A model generated the notes under the pieces. The model did not search any database and was not told the origin of the DNA. It was given only the letters and a program-made list of their open reading frames with translations. 53,021 nt of DNA, taken from NCBI GenBank assembly GCA_051872765.1, contig JBJEED010000031.1, forward strand, positions 1 through 53,021, written 5' to 3'. Shown here one piece after another: positions 10,627 to 20,842 of this stretch (the stretch's first letter is position 1; each line of letters begins with the position of its first letter). Position numbers and translations under genes: made by a program. Source of the DNA: Bacilli bacterium (GTDB taxonomy: Bacteria > Bacillota_I > Bacilli_A > RF39 > UBA660).

Positions 10627-11490
10627 TTATTCCTCCTTATCATCATACATTGAATCAATTAAATTAAATAAATCATGTTCTAAACTACTATCTGTCATTG
10701 TCTTATCTGTTGCTATTTCCTCTGTATTAAAATCATCTAACTTAACACTATCTTCTAAATCACCTATCGAAAGAGATGTATCAATTTTATCTATTTCATC
10801 ACTAACATCTTCTATTTTACTAATTAAATCTTTTATTTTTGCTTTTTTAGTCTCACTTTGATTTTCTTCATTTGCTTTTTTATAAACTTCTTCTTTTATC
10901 TGATTAGTAGTTATAGAATTCACTGTATTTAGAGTATCTTCTAAATCATCTTCTAAAGTACCATATGCTTTTCTTCTTACTGTATCATATGTTGTAATTT
11001 TTGACTTTGTAATATCACTAGCAGTCTCTCTAACTATAGTTTTTTCTTTTATTTCTTCCTTTTTATAATCTTTATCTAAAATACCATAAATTGGTGAAAT
11101 AATAGGGCTTGGTTTAAATACTTTAGGCTCTGTTACTTGAGGTTTTATATCATTTACTCTTGAATTTCTACTATTATTTTCAATATCTAAAATATTCTTT
11201 CTTGGAGGAAGTTTTTCATCTTCATCATCATCAAATTCAGTAAAATTAAATGTTCTCTCGCTTCTAAATAATTCTCTTTCACTAAATGTATTTTCTTGCT
11301 TATTTTCTTTAATAGGTTCTTCTTTAATACTTGTTTCTTCAATGGGAGTAAAGTTTATTTTTTCTACTTTTGGTTTTATTTCCTGAGATTCTTTTTTAAC
11401 AATTTTATCTACTTTTTCAAGTTCTTCATCTTTATCTTCAATAACTATCTCATCATAAAAAATTCCTTTAAGTTTACTAAAAACGCCCAT
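10627..11490 (-). CDS. Hypothetical acidic protein with N-terminal amphipathic helix and FKPSPIISPIYG motif
   Basis: ORF with SD; low-complexity and acidic; one conserved-looking motif. Confidence 0.6.
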   Translation of the reverse strand: MGVFSKLKGIFYDEIVIEDKDEELEKVDKIVKKESQEIKPKVEKINFTPIEETSIKEEPIKENKQENTFSERELFRSERTFNFTEFDDDEDEKLPPRKNILDIENNSRNSRVNDIKPQVTEPKVFKPSPIISPIYGILDKDYKKEEIKEKTIVRETASDITKSKITTYDTVRRKAYGTLEDDLEDTLNTVNSITTNQIKEEVYKKANEENQSETKKAKIKDLISKIEDVSDEIDKIDTSLSIGDLEDSVKLDDFNTEEIATDKTMTDSSLEHDLFNLIDSMYDDKEE

Positions 11491-11505
11491 ATTTACACCT
11501 CTTTC

Positions 11506-12135
11506 TTATTCATTATCATCTGTATCTTCTAAATCACTTTCAATATACTCAAGAATATTTTTAGAATTATCTTTATTTTTAGGCTCAGGTATTTTATATA
11601 TAGTTTCACTTGTATCTACATCATTATCAGTAATGTATTTTTCAATAACTAAATCATTGTATTTTATTGAATTTAATATTGTTATTGCCCTAGATATAGC
11701 ATATCTAAGATTACTCTCTTCTACCTCTACCTCTATTATAGCATAATTATAACACAACTCAACAAAAAAATTCTCATTATTTTTAGTGATTCTTAAATAA
11801 CCTGACTTATCAGTATCACCAAATTCATAGTACTCATAATCGTCAAGCTCATGAATAGTAGTCATATTATTTTTATAATAATAACTAACAATATCTATAT
11901 TCAAATAGTATATATTATTATTTGATATCAACTTTTGAACATATTCATCATCTTCTTTTACACTAAATTCTTGTGGTAAATAATATTTATATCCTTTTCT
12001 ATTCACTGTAGTATTTGATGGTTCTATAGATATTTGTTTATTAACAATTTCTTCTAAAGTCATATTATTTATATTTGTACTTTCACATCCAAATAAGAAA
12101 AATACACAAATTATAATTAATATCTTCTTAATCAT
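11506..12135 (-). CDS. Putative lipoprotein
   Basis: MIKK-hydrophobic-LFGC lipobox. Confidence 0.7.
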   Translation of the reverse strand: MIKKILIIICVFFLFGCESTNINNMTLEEIVNKQISIEPSNTTVNRKGYKYYLPQEFSVKEDDEYVQKLISNNNIYYLNIDIVSYYYKNNMTTIHELDDYEYYEFGDTDKSGYLRITKNNENFFVELCYNYAIIEVEVEESNLRYAISRAITILNSIKYNDLVIEKYITDNDVDTSETIYKIPEPKNKDNSKNILEYIESDLEDTDDNE

Positions 12136-12168
12136 ATTAACTCCTACTTACAAAGTATAGCAAATTTT

Positions 12169-12786
12169 TTACTTTTTAACAACATCTATATAATTGATAT
12201 TTTTACCAATACTAATAAATTTATCCTCATACTCTGTAGTAATACTATCAAAATAATTAGTATTTGTTTCTTTTATTTCATAACCATTTTCTTTAAAACT
12301 CTCAAGAGAATAAGTATATAAATCATCATTATCTGTTTTCATCTGAATATGTTTTTCATTTTTAAATACATTTTCATATTTACTTAAAAATACTTTAGAT
12401 GTTAATCTTCTTTTAGCATGTCTTTTCTTTGGCCATGGATCAGAAAAATTTAAATATATTTTATCTATTTCATGATCAAATATCTCATCTATATTAATAG
12501 CATCAAAACAAATTAATTTTAGATTATTGATATCAAGTTGATCTAACTTCTTTACTGCACCAACTAAAGGACTATCATATTTTTCTATACCAATATAATT
12601 AATATTTTTATTTTCTAATGCTTTATTTATTATAAATTTTCCCTTTCCAGTACCAATTTCAATTTCTATTTTATTATCGTTATTAAATAATTTATTCCAT
12701 TTACCCTTATACTCAGTTGGATTATTTACAATATACTCTGATTCACTTATTATTATATTTGCATTTTTTATATGCTTAAGTCTCAT
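12169..12786 (-). CDS. trmB: tRNA (guanine-N7)-methyltransferase
   Basis: EIGTGKG, LNFSDPWPKKRHAKRRLT, KTDN, TEYE. Confidence 0.97.
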   Translation of the reverse strand: MRLKHIKNANIIISESEYIVNNPTEYKGKWNKLFNNDNKIEIEIGTGKGKFIINKALENKNINYIGIEKYDSPLVGAVKKLDQLDINNLKLICFDAINIDEIFDHEIDKIYLNFSDPWPKKRHAKRRLTSKVFLSKYENVFKNEKHIQMKTDNDDLYTYSLESFKENGYEIKETNTNYFDSITTEYEDKFISIGKNINYIDVVKK

Positions 12787-12849
12787 ACATAATCACTTCC
12801 AAAAATATATTATACACTAAGAAACGACTTTTGTCATATATTATTATAG

Positions 12850-13146
12850 GTGAATTTTATGAAAGAAAGAGATATGTTTTATCAAAATGTTAATCAAGGC
12901 TATATGGCTCCAGGTGCTGTTATTCCTCCAAGTGGATATAATGTAAATACACAATATCAAGCATATGGACCAAATTTAGCACCAGGTGTAATGCCAAATA
13001 ATACCTACAACCCAAATACTATAAGTGAAAATGATTATGAAGATAGAATAAGTAAATTAGAAAGACAAGTTAAAAACTTAGATACTAGACTTCAGAAACT
13101 AGAAAATATGAATACTACTATTGATGAAAATTTTTATATGATATAA
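12850..13146 (+). CDS. Small hypothetical protein (Pro/Gly/Tyr/Asn-rich, C-terminal coiled coil)
   Basis: SD AGGTGA then ATG at 12859 (likely start); RISKLERQVKNLDTRLQKLE heptads. Confidence 0.7.
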   Translation: MNFMKERDMFYQNVNQGYMAPGAVIPPSGYNVNTQYQAYGPNLAPGVMPNNTYNPNTISENDYEDRISKLERQVKNLDTRLQKLENMNTTIDENFYMI

Positions 13147-13218
13147 ATTTTTATATCTATTTTTCTATTTAATGATTTTAAAATGTATTTTATCGTAAAC
13201 TAATTATTTTTTCACAAT

Positions 13219-13253
13219 AAAACCTTGCTTCTTAAAACAAGAATCAAGGTTTT
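13219..13253. terminator. Bidirectional intrinsic terminator
   Basis: AAAACCTTG.TTCTT..AAGAA.CAAGGTTTT between convergent genes. Confidence 0.7.
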
Positions 13254-13274
13254 AATTTATTATAATATTTAGAT

Positions 13275-14324
13275 TTAATCTTTGCTACATTTAAATAAAA
13301 TTTTTCCTTCGACTTTTCCATTTTTATACATTTCAAAGGCTTTATAAGCATCTTTAAGATCAAAAATTTTATGAACCATTTCTGGATAATACTTTAATCT
13401 TCCATCAGCAAACATAGATTCAATTTCTTTCCACTCATTACCTGGAAAAGGATAAGAATATGACATCCATGAACCCGTTAATATAAATTCTTTTCTATTT
13501 AAATTTTCCCATAATTTAGGGGTGAATTCTAAATTAGATGTAGGAGTACCAATAAGGCATACCTTTCCTTTGTTACCTACTAATTCATAAGCATATTTCA
13601 TAGTATCTACTGAACCTGCTGTTTCAAATACATAATCAAATCCTCTACCATTTGTTAATTCTTTAGACTTTGTTATAAAATCTTCTTCTAGTGTAGAGAA
13701 AACATTTGTCGCTCCTAGTTTACTTGCAAGTTTTAATTTTTTAGGATTACGACCAAATGAAACAATTTTTGAAGCACCTAAGGCTTTAACAATTTGTGTA
13801 ACAAAAGCACCAACTGTACCTGCACCTAAAATAGCAACTGTCTTTCCTTTTTCAAAATTTAATAATTTAACAGCATGCATTGCTACTGTTGCTGGTTCAA
13901 ACATAGCTGCTTGTTCAAATGGAATACTATCATTTATTTTATACACATTTTCTTTTGGCAATACAACATACTCAGCATTACTTCCATTTCTCCTAGAACC
14001 AATAAAATCATAATGCTTACATAATGAATAATTTCCATTATTACAATCTTCACATTTCATACAAGGAATTAGTGGAATTCCTACAACATGATCTCCTACT
14101 TTAAAATTTTTAACATCACTAGCTACTTCATCTACAATTCCAGAAAATTCATGTCCTAAAATAAGTGGATAAAAATGTGCACCATTTTTTAACACTCTAG
14201 GAATATCTGAACCGCAAATACCACTCATGCACACTTTAATTTTAACATTACCCTTTTCTAACTTTGGAATTTCACATTCTTCATATCGTAAATCTTCATT
14301 TCCATATAAAACACTTGCTTTCAT
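13275..14324 (-). CDS. gatD: Zn-dependent polyol-phosphate dehydrogenase (galactitol-1-phosphate 5-dehydrogenase-like)
   Basis: GICGSDIPR, GHEFSG, CxxCxxC..C structural Zn site, GAGTVG; C-terminal RKE..LTGSWMSYS.PFPG.EW typical of GatD. Confidence 0.75.
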   Translation of the reverse strand: MKASVLYGNEDLRYEECEIPKLEKGNVKIKVCMSGICGSDIPRVLKNGAHFYPLILGHEFSGIVDEVASDVKNFKVGDHVVGIPLIPCMKCEDCNNGNYSLCKHYDFIGSRRNGSNAEYVVLPKENVYKINDSIPFEQAAMFEPATVAMHAVKLLNFEKGKTVAILGAGTVGAFVTQIVKALGASKIVSFGRNPKKLKLASKLGATNVFSTLEEDFITKSKELTNGRGFDYVFETAGSVDTMKYAYELVGNKGKVCLIGTPTSNLEFTPKLWENLNRKEFILTGSWMSYSYPFPGNEWKEIESMFADGRLKYYPEMVHKIFDLKDAYKAFEMYKNGKVEGKILFKCSKD

Positions 14325-14330
14325 AAATAC

Positions 14331-15659
14331 CTACCTTACAAAAATTCCACTTACAATATAGTTATGTTTAACCGCATAATTATAATCTTCTACCAAATTA
14401 ACAATATGATCTTTAACTAACTCTCTTGCCTTTAATTCTAGTTTTCCATCACGAACTTTAATATATTGATTTGGCATATATTGATGAAGCATATGTAATG
14501 GTATATTAACTTCATCAAAATTTGAAAATAACTTTTGCATAGCGCTTACTACCTTTGGATCCGTTAAATAATAACGACATCTATCAGAAAAACTATACTT
14601 ACGAGCTAATGCAATTTGTTTTTCAGAACCATGATAATGTTTTTTCCAATTTTTTGGATTTTCTAGCATTACTTCATCCAAAACTTCAATAAAATTAGAC
14701 CATTCTTCTTTCTTTACTAGTTCTTTTTCCATCATAGCAAGAGAAAATAATGCCTCACGAAGTGAAAAAGTTAATGCAGGTCCTACTTTAATAATAGCAA
14801 TTCCATCTTCGACCATTTCTCTTAATTTTTCTGGTGGTTGATAGTCTGTAGAATGTCCCTCAAATACAATATCCGGATATTTCTTTAAACAATCACATAA
14901 TTTTTTAGATTCTAAACGATTATATTGATGAATATCAGCATTTCCAAATTCAACACCAGGCTGAACAACAACAGCTATAATATAATTCCAAGCATCATCT
15001 AATCCTTTTTTTGAAAATTCTTTTTTATAAGCCTTTAATGTATTTTCAAAATCATCTGGATCTGTTACTTTTAGAGAGTCTTCCTCTTCTTGGCTACCAC
15101 CTGGTATTGGAACTTCACTACCAATTACAAAAACTGGATGAATAGCATTTGGATTTTTCTTTTTTAATTCTTTAAAAGCCTTTTCACATTCTTCATACAA
15201 TATCGCACCACGACGAGCAACTACACTTGGATCTAAAGGTTCATCTTTTGGATCACTACCTAATTTCATACTAGTATCCAAATGAATTTTCATATACCCA
15301 GACTCTACACATAAACGAACTAATTTTTTGGAATTTTCCATTGCTTCTTTTTCATCTAAATCTTGCCATGGTTGAGGTCCTAAATGATCTCCACCTAATA
15401 TAATTTTATCTTTATCAAAAGATATTTTTTCTGCTATTTCATATACATAATCTTTAAAGTCTTTTGGTGTCATACTCATATATCCACCAAATTGATTTAC
15501 TTGATTAGAAGTAGCTTCTATAAGTACATAATCATCAAATCTTTTTGATTGTTCCATAATTGCTTCAATAACAATTTTATTAGCACTACAAAAAGATGGA
15601 ATTCCACTATGTATACCCATTTTTCTTTTTTCAACCATATCAACTAAAATATTTTTCAT
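14331..15659 (-). CDS. gatZ: GatZ/KbaZ family protein (tagatose-6-phosphate 4-epimerase type)
   Basis: IEATSNQVNQFGGY, GGDHLGP, KIHLDTSM, VVQPGVEF, EGHSTDYQ, KVGPALTF, YSFSDRCRYY. Confidence 0.93.
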   Translation of the reverse strand: MKNILVDMVEKRKMGIHSGIPSFCSANKIVIEAIMEQSKRFDDYVLIEATSNQVNQFGGYMSMTPKDFKDYVYEIAEKISFDKDKIILGGDHLGPQPWQDLDEKEAMENSKKLVRLCVESGYMKIHLDTSMKLGSDPKDEPLDPSVVARRGAILYEECEKAFKELKKKNPNAIHPVFVIGSEVPIPGGSQEEEDSLKVTDPDDFENTLKAYKKEFSKKGLDDAWNYIIAVVVQPGVEFGNADIHQYNRLESKKLCDCLKKYPDIVFEGHSTDYQPPEKLREMVEDGIAIIKVGPALTFSLREALFSLAMMEKELVKKEEWSNFIEVLDEVMLENPKNWKKHYHGSEKQIALARKYSFSDRCRYYLTDPKVVSAMQKLFSNFDEVNIPLHMLHQYMPNQYIKVRDGKLELKARELVKDHIVNLVEDYNYAVKHNYIVSGIFVR

Positions 15660-16034
15660 ATATCATCCTCCTTAAAAAATAATACAAGATTTTATAATAA
15701 TAACTATATCTTTTAGATGAAAAAAATTAAAATATATACTCAAAATAAAATATTTTTAGTATAATCAATTATTTCATTTATTATATGTAGAATTTAATAA
15801 AAATTAAAATATTCTAAACTTAATTCTTATACGAATATCAAAAACGATATTATTTTTTAATTAACCACCTCTCTTAGCACACCTTGTGTAAATTATACTG
15901 TATCATATTGCTTTTAATTAAGTGATTTTCACTATATATAAGATTATATTTATTCCAATAGTACTAGTATTATTAACATAAGAATGATTATATCGCTATT
16001 TATAAATTAACAAATGTATTATTTTAATACATTT

Positions 16035-16766
16035 TTAATGTTTTTTTATTTTCTTTTGTTCATTAAAAAAATAATTACTAGCAAGATTTTCTAAAATTAG
16101 CATATCATCTGGATGTGTAATTTTTAAATTTAAAATATTTGATGGAATAATCGCCATTTCTATTCCATTTGCAAGTGCAATAGCACCTGCTGATGTCATT
16201 TTATTTAATTCTTCTAATGTGGAATTTTTATAAACATCATAAATAATTCCAAATTTAAATCCTTCTGGTGATGCTCCTGATACTACATTATCTCTATTTA
16301 TAACTTCTTTTAGCATACCATTTTCTGTGTAGTACACTGTATCATACTGCTTTCCTCCAAGGGTAGCTCCTCCATATTTTTCAATTGCCTCAATTACTTC
16401 ATTAGTTCCCTTTGTATCTACATATGGATGAGTTGCATCATGAATTAAAATTACATCTTCAAAGTCAGCAAATGTACTAATAACATCTAATGCATCTTTT
16501 ATATCTTTTGATCTTCCATTTCCACCCTTTAAAACATAAGAAACCTTATCACTATCAACTAATTTATTCCATTCTATTGTTTCATTATAATAATTTGGAT
16601 TTGTAACAATAACAATAGAATCTATTTCTTCCATTTGATTATATTTTTGTAAAATATAAAGATATAGTGGCATTCCATTAATACTATAAAATTGTTTTGG
16701 AAGTTGTTGACCAAACCTTTCCCCTTTTCCTCCCATCATTAACAACACTATTCTCTTATTTTTCAT
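16035..16766 (-). CDS. IspD/TarI family polyol-phosphate cytidylyltransferase
   Basis: GGKGERFG..LPKQF, LIHDATHP, SPEGF, NLKITHPDD. Confidence 0.88.
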   Translation of the reverse strand: MKNKRIVLLMMGGKGERFGQQLPKQFYSINGMPLYLYILQKYNQMEEIDSIVIVTNPNYYNETIEWNKLVDSDKVSYVLKGGNGRSKDIKDALDVISTFADFEDVILIHDATHPYVDTKGTNEVIEAIEKYGGATLGGKQYDTVYYTENGMLKEVINRDNVVSGASPEGFKFGIIYDVYKNSTLEELNKMTSAGAIALANGIEMAIIPSNILNLKITHPDDMLILENLASNYFFNEQKKIKKH

Positions 16767-16784
16767 TTTAACCTCTCTAAAAAA

Positions 16785-16813
16785 ATTATATCACACAGAT
16801 AACCTATTTTCAA
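16785..16813 (-). promoter_or_regulatory. sigmaA-type promoter for the TarI-like gene
   Basis: TTGAAA-17 nt-TATAAT with extended -10 TG. Confidence 0.65.
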
Positions 16814-16853
16814 TCATATCATCTGACTTATATTCTGCATTTTAATCTATTTA

Positions 16854-17969
16854 TTAAACTTTTTTAATGTTTTTCCTTTTTATTTTATCATAATGATTAT
16901 CTTTATTTTTATTTATAGTTTTTGATATTAATTGGCATATTTTATGGGATAAACTAGCTAATATAATTGACAGTATAATTACTATTAAATACATATATAA
17001 ATTACCTTTTTCATAAATTGGTAACATATGATATATTTGGTTTATAGTAATATGACTTAAATATAATTCTAAAGAAAATTCTCCAATTATTGATAATATA
17101 TTTAAAAAATATGATTTTCTTTTTTTAATTAATTTATCGATAAACGAAAATAAAATGGCTAACAAATAAGTTAAAGATACTCCCCCTATTAAATAAAAGA
17201 ACCTTAAATAATATCCATTAAGTAGTTTTTCATATTTAACATAGAAAAACAATAAAGTACCAATTATACTAATTAATTTCCAATATGATGGTATTTTAAC
17301 ATCTTCAAATACAAATTTACCCATAATACATCCTAGAATAAATACTGGAAATCTAGTTAGTGCGATTTCTATAGTATTATATAAAGATACATTAGTCTTA
17401 GCAAAAGAAATAATAAAAAGATATGTACATAGTAATAATAATAATCCACGAATTATAATCACTTTATTACTATTCTCTTTATTAAATAAAAATTGATAAA
17501 TATAAGGATATATAAAATATAAAATTAAAATACACGAAACAAACCATATTGCTTGATCACCAGTTTCCCAAAAATGAAAAAGAAACATCCTATTAATAAA
17601 TGAAAAAATTCCTTGCTTATTAATAAGCACATTAACTATAAACCAATATATTCCATTTATAATCCATACTGGCAATACTACTCTAAATATTCTCTTTTTA
17701 ATAAATTCATATGAATTTGGATTTTTATGATAAGAAAAGTACAAACAAATACCCGATAAAAACAAAAAAATATCTACACCTACATTTCCAGAAATCATAA
17801 ATAATCTTAATATCTTTAATGAATTACATCCAAATGAATAATTAATATTATTAATAGCTGTTCCATGAAAAAAAACAATCCATAATATTGCAAAACCATA
17901 AATAGGCTGTCTATATTTACTTACAATATTTAAATCTAATTTTTTATTTAGATGATTATTTTTTGACAT
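16854..17969 (-). CDS. Acyltransferase 3 (OafA/YrhL-like) membrane O-acyltransferase
   Basis: GFAILWIVFFH, GVDIFLFLSG, KKRIFR, SLELYLSH; multi-TM. Confidence 0.85.
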   Translation of the reverse strand: MSKNNHLNKKLDLNIVSKYRQPIYGFAILWIVFFHGTAINNINYSFGCNSLKILRLFMISGNVGVDIFLFLSGICLYFSYHKNPNSYEFIKKRIFRVVLPVWIINGIYWFIVNVLINKQGIFSFINRMFLFHFWETGDQAIWFVSCILILYFIYPYIYQFLFNKENSNKVIIIRGLLLLLCTYLFIISFAKTNVSLYNTIEIALTRFPVFILGCIMGKFVFEDVKIPSYWKLISIIGTLLFFYVKYEKLLNGYYLRFFYLIGGVSLTYLLAILFSFIDKLIKKRKSYFLNILSIIGEFSLELYLSHITINQIYHMLPIYEKGNLYMYLIVIILSIILASLSHKICQLISKTINKNKDNHYDKIKRKNIKKV

Positions 17970-18095
17970 ATTTCATTTCACCATCTCTTTTCTACATAAT
18001 AACATAACTATTCAAATCTTTGCAAATGTTTTTAATATAAAAAGAATTCATAATGAATCCTTTTACTTATAAATAATATTTTTATTTTTTATAAA

Positions 18096-19211
18096 TTATA
18101 ATAGTTCGTCTAATAAGTCCATTAACGCATTTAGACATCCACCTTTAGGAACATGAATATTTTTATCAACAAATTTTTGATATGCTTTATAATCAAAATC
18201 ATTATTTTCGATTGCATCAATTATTTTTTTAGGATCTTTAGTAAATAAAGTTGGAACTTCTTTTTCAATATCAAAATTTAACTCACGCTGAGTTTTATAT
18301 TCATCCCAATCATATGCATAAAGATAAATAGGTAATTTAAATAGCCCTACCTCATAAATAATACTTGAATAATCACAAATTACATAATCTGCAACCATCA
18401 AAGCTTCATATGTATTAGAAAAATTTTGAATAATTCTATTATCATCAACTTTTAATTTACTTAAAGGATGTGGCTTATATATTAAATTATATTTTTTAAA
18501 ATCAATATGGTCTACTAATTTTTGAATATGCTCTATACTATTTGTACTATTTTTTCTAAATGTTCCACAATATAAAATATTTTTCTTATGCTTTAATTTA
18601 GGATTATTTTTCAAAACTTCTTTTCTTTTATTATTAATATATTTTTTATCTAACCATAAATCTACCCTTGGAAGAGGTATTTCAAGTACTTGATTTTTAT
18701 TGCAATGAAAACCTTCTTCATAATCTTTTATAAAATTCATAGAAGAAATCAAAATATAGTCATAATTTTTATGCATTCTCATAATTTTAGCTAATTTAGA
18801 ATCGCTACCTTCTTTTTTATCTAACATAGCATAACCAAATTTTTTCATACTTCCAACTGCATGCCAAGCTTGAATAACTTTTAATTTACTTTTATGTTTT
18901 AAAACACTAATTACAATACAATAAGAATCTAGAATAACAACCTTAGATGTCGCAATATGATACATTTGTCTAAACATATGAAAAATGTATTTTATTTTAT
19001 TGTCCAAAGTTTTGGTTAACACGATAACTTCATAATTAGGATATCTCTTTTTTATCTCCTTAGATATCATATCAAAATCTATAGATGGTATATTTGATTG
19101 CCTACTAATAAGTGTTATTTTATTTTTAGTAGGAAATAACTTAATAACAAAATAAATTAACTTTAATACAAATATTGCAACTTTCAATAATAACAACTTT
19201 ATTTTACTCAT
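18096..19211 (-). CDS. CDP-glycerol/polyol glycerophosphotransferase family (TagB/TagF-like)
   Basis: QAWHAVGSMKKFG, LPRVD, TFR, KPHP, DYSSIIYE. Confidence 0.88.
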   Translation of the reverse strand: MSKIKLLLLKVAIFVLKLIYFVIKLFPTKNKITLISRQSNIPSIDFDMISKEIKKRYPNYEVIVLTKTLDNKIKYIFHMFRQMYHIATSKVVILDSYCIVISVLKHKSKLKVIQAWHAVGSMKKFGYAMLDKKEGSDSKLAKIMRMHKNYDYILISSMNFIKDYEEGFHCNKNQVLEIPLPRVDLWLDKKYINNKRKEVLKNNPKLKHKKNILYCGTFRKNSTNSIEHIQKLVDHIDFKKYNLIYKPHPLSKLKVDDNRIIQNFSNTYEALMVADYVICDYSSIIYEVGLFKLPIYLYAYDWDEYKTQRELNFDIEKEVPTLFTKDPKKIIDAIENNDFDYKAYQKFVDKNIHVPKGGCLNALMDLLDELL

Positions 19212-19219
19212 AATATCTC

Positions 19220-20842
19220 CTAATCTCTTTGATTTAAAATAATATAATCAATGATTTGATCACTAGCAATTTTTTTATTTGTTAAACATTTATCTACTAA
19301 GAAATCAGATTTTTCTTTTTCACCATAATCTTTATTTTCTAGTGCTTCCATGATTTGATCAAAAGTGGTACATACTTTGCCAGGGGCTACCTTATCGATT
19401 GGTCTATGAACACCTCTTGTAGCAGAATAAATATCTTTATCGTATACATAAAATAAGACGGGTCTTTCTAGTAGTAAATAATCATAAAAACAAGAAGAAT
19501 AATCAGTAATTAAAATATCAGTAATATAAAGTAAATCATTAAGTTTGTATTTTGACATATCATAGATTAAATCAGAGTATTCTTTCTTTATTGGTATATC
19601 TTGTAAAATAAAATGATGTTTTCCAAATGCAACTATATAATCATTCTTTTTACAAAAATTATATAAAGCATCAAAATCTATTTTACTATAATCATAATAT
19701 GCTTCTTTTTGGCTATTTCCTCTATAAGTAGGAGCAAAAGTTATAATCTTTTTATTTTTAAATTGAGGATATTCATCATAAAAAGATTTAGTAACCTTTT
19801 TTATATATTCTTTATCTAAAAAATGTTCTAATCTTGGCATACCAGTTGCCAATAATGCCTCTTTTTCTATTCCCCAAACTTCTGAATATATTTCTTTTAA
19901 ATGATCATTACCAATAATTCCATATGTATATTGACGATGGCAAGATTCATAAGGTCTTGGAGACCCTGCTATTCCAAATCTTCCATATCCAACTAACTTA
20001 AATCCAAATCCAGCATGCCATAATTGTGTTAAAGTAGTCTTTTTATTTAAATTAATAAAAGAAAATACAGGCACATAATCATCAACAAAAATATAGTCTT
20101 GATATGATATTTGAGTCAATAATTTTATCCAATAAAATACTCTTATTTTTCCATCAAAAATATTAACAAAATTCTTTCTAATTTTATATTTCTTATCTAA
20201 ATTTCTTTCATATATTCTATCATACACTGCTGTCATATTGTCCCTAATATGATCCATATTTTGAGATAAAAATAAAATTCTTTTTCCATTTTTAGGAATA
20301 ATATGAGTCAAGATTTGATAATAAAGATTCAAACATCTTTTGCCTAAAATTACAATTAATGTTTTTAATTTATGGGACAATCCCAAAGCCAATCTAATGG
20401 ATGAAACCAAATGTTTTTTTTCAGGATGCTTATTATCAATCATATAACTTGTATATAAATATAATTGATGAGGCTCTTCTTCAGTAATATGAAAAGTAAC
20501 TATATATGATTCTAACCATCCTCCATATCTAAAAACCCTAGATAAATCTTCAATGTTTAAAAGAATTTCATCAGAAACACATAACTTTTCATCTGAAGAA
20601 ATCATATATCCACCAGATTTTAATATTTCTCTTCCTTCTGCTATTGTTATATTTATCTTAGAACGATAATAATTTTTATCTAATTTTTTTGTTTCTAATA
20701 ATATTTTATTTTCTGATAATTTTATCTCACCTTTTTTATTTTTCTTAAATAAATTTAAACAAAGATTAATATCTTTTGTACTTTCATATTCTATAAACAA
20801 ATATGTTCTTTTCCAAAATATTCTTTTTATTATTGGCTGCAT
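19220..20842 (-). CDS. CDP-polyol phosphotransferase / teichoic-acid polymerase (TagF/TarL-like)
   Basis: QLWHAGFGFK, GMPR, FAPTYRG, LITDYSS. Confidence 0.88.
   Translation of the reverse strand: MQPIIKRIFWKRTYLFIEYESTKDINLCLNLFKKNKKGEIKLSENKILLETKKLDKNYYRSKINITIAEGREILKSGGYMISSDEKLCVSDEILLNIEDLSRVFRYGGWLESYIVTFHITEEEPHQLYLYTSYMIDNKHPEKKHLVSSIRLALGLSHKLKTLIVILGKRCLNLYYQILTHIIPKNGKRILFLSQNMDHIRDNMTAVYDRIYERNLDKKYKIRKNFVNIFDGKIRVFYWIKLLTQISYQDYIFVDDYVPVFSFINLNKKTTLTQLWHAGFGFKLVGYGRFGIAGSPRPYESCHRQYTYGIIGNDHLKEIYSEVWGIEKEALLATGMPRLEHFLDKEYIKKVTKSFYDEYPQFKNKKIITFAPTYRGNSQKEAYYDYSKIDFDALYNFCKKNDYIVAFGKHHFILQDIPIKKEYSDLIYDMSKYKLNDLLYITDILITDYSSCFYDYLLLERPVLFYVYDKDIYSATRGVHRPIDKVAPGKVCTTFDQIMEALENKDYGEKEKSDFLVDKCLTNKKIASDQIIDYIILNQRD

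Noticed and set aside
16035-16766. Annotating as MEP-pathway ispD
   Set aside because: Neighbours are teichoic-acid-type transferases and a polyol dehydrogenase, which favours a TarI-like role; sequence alone does not decide.
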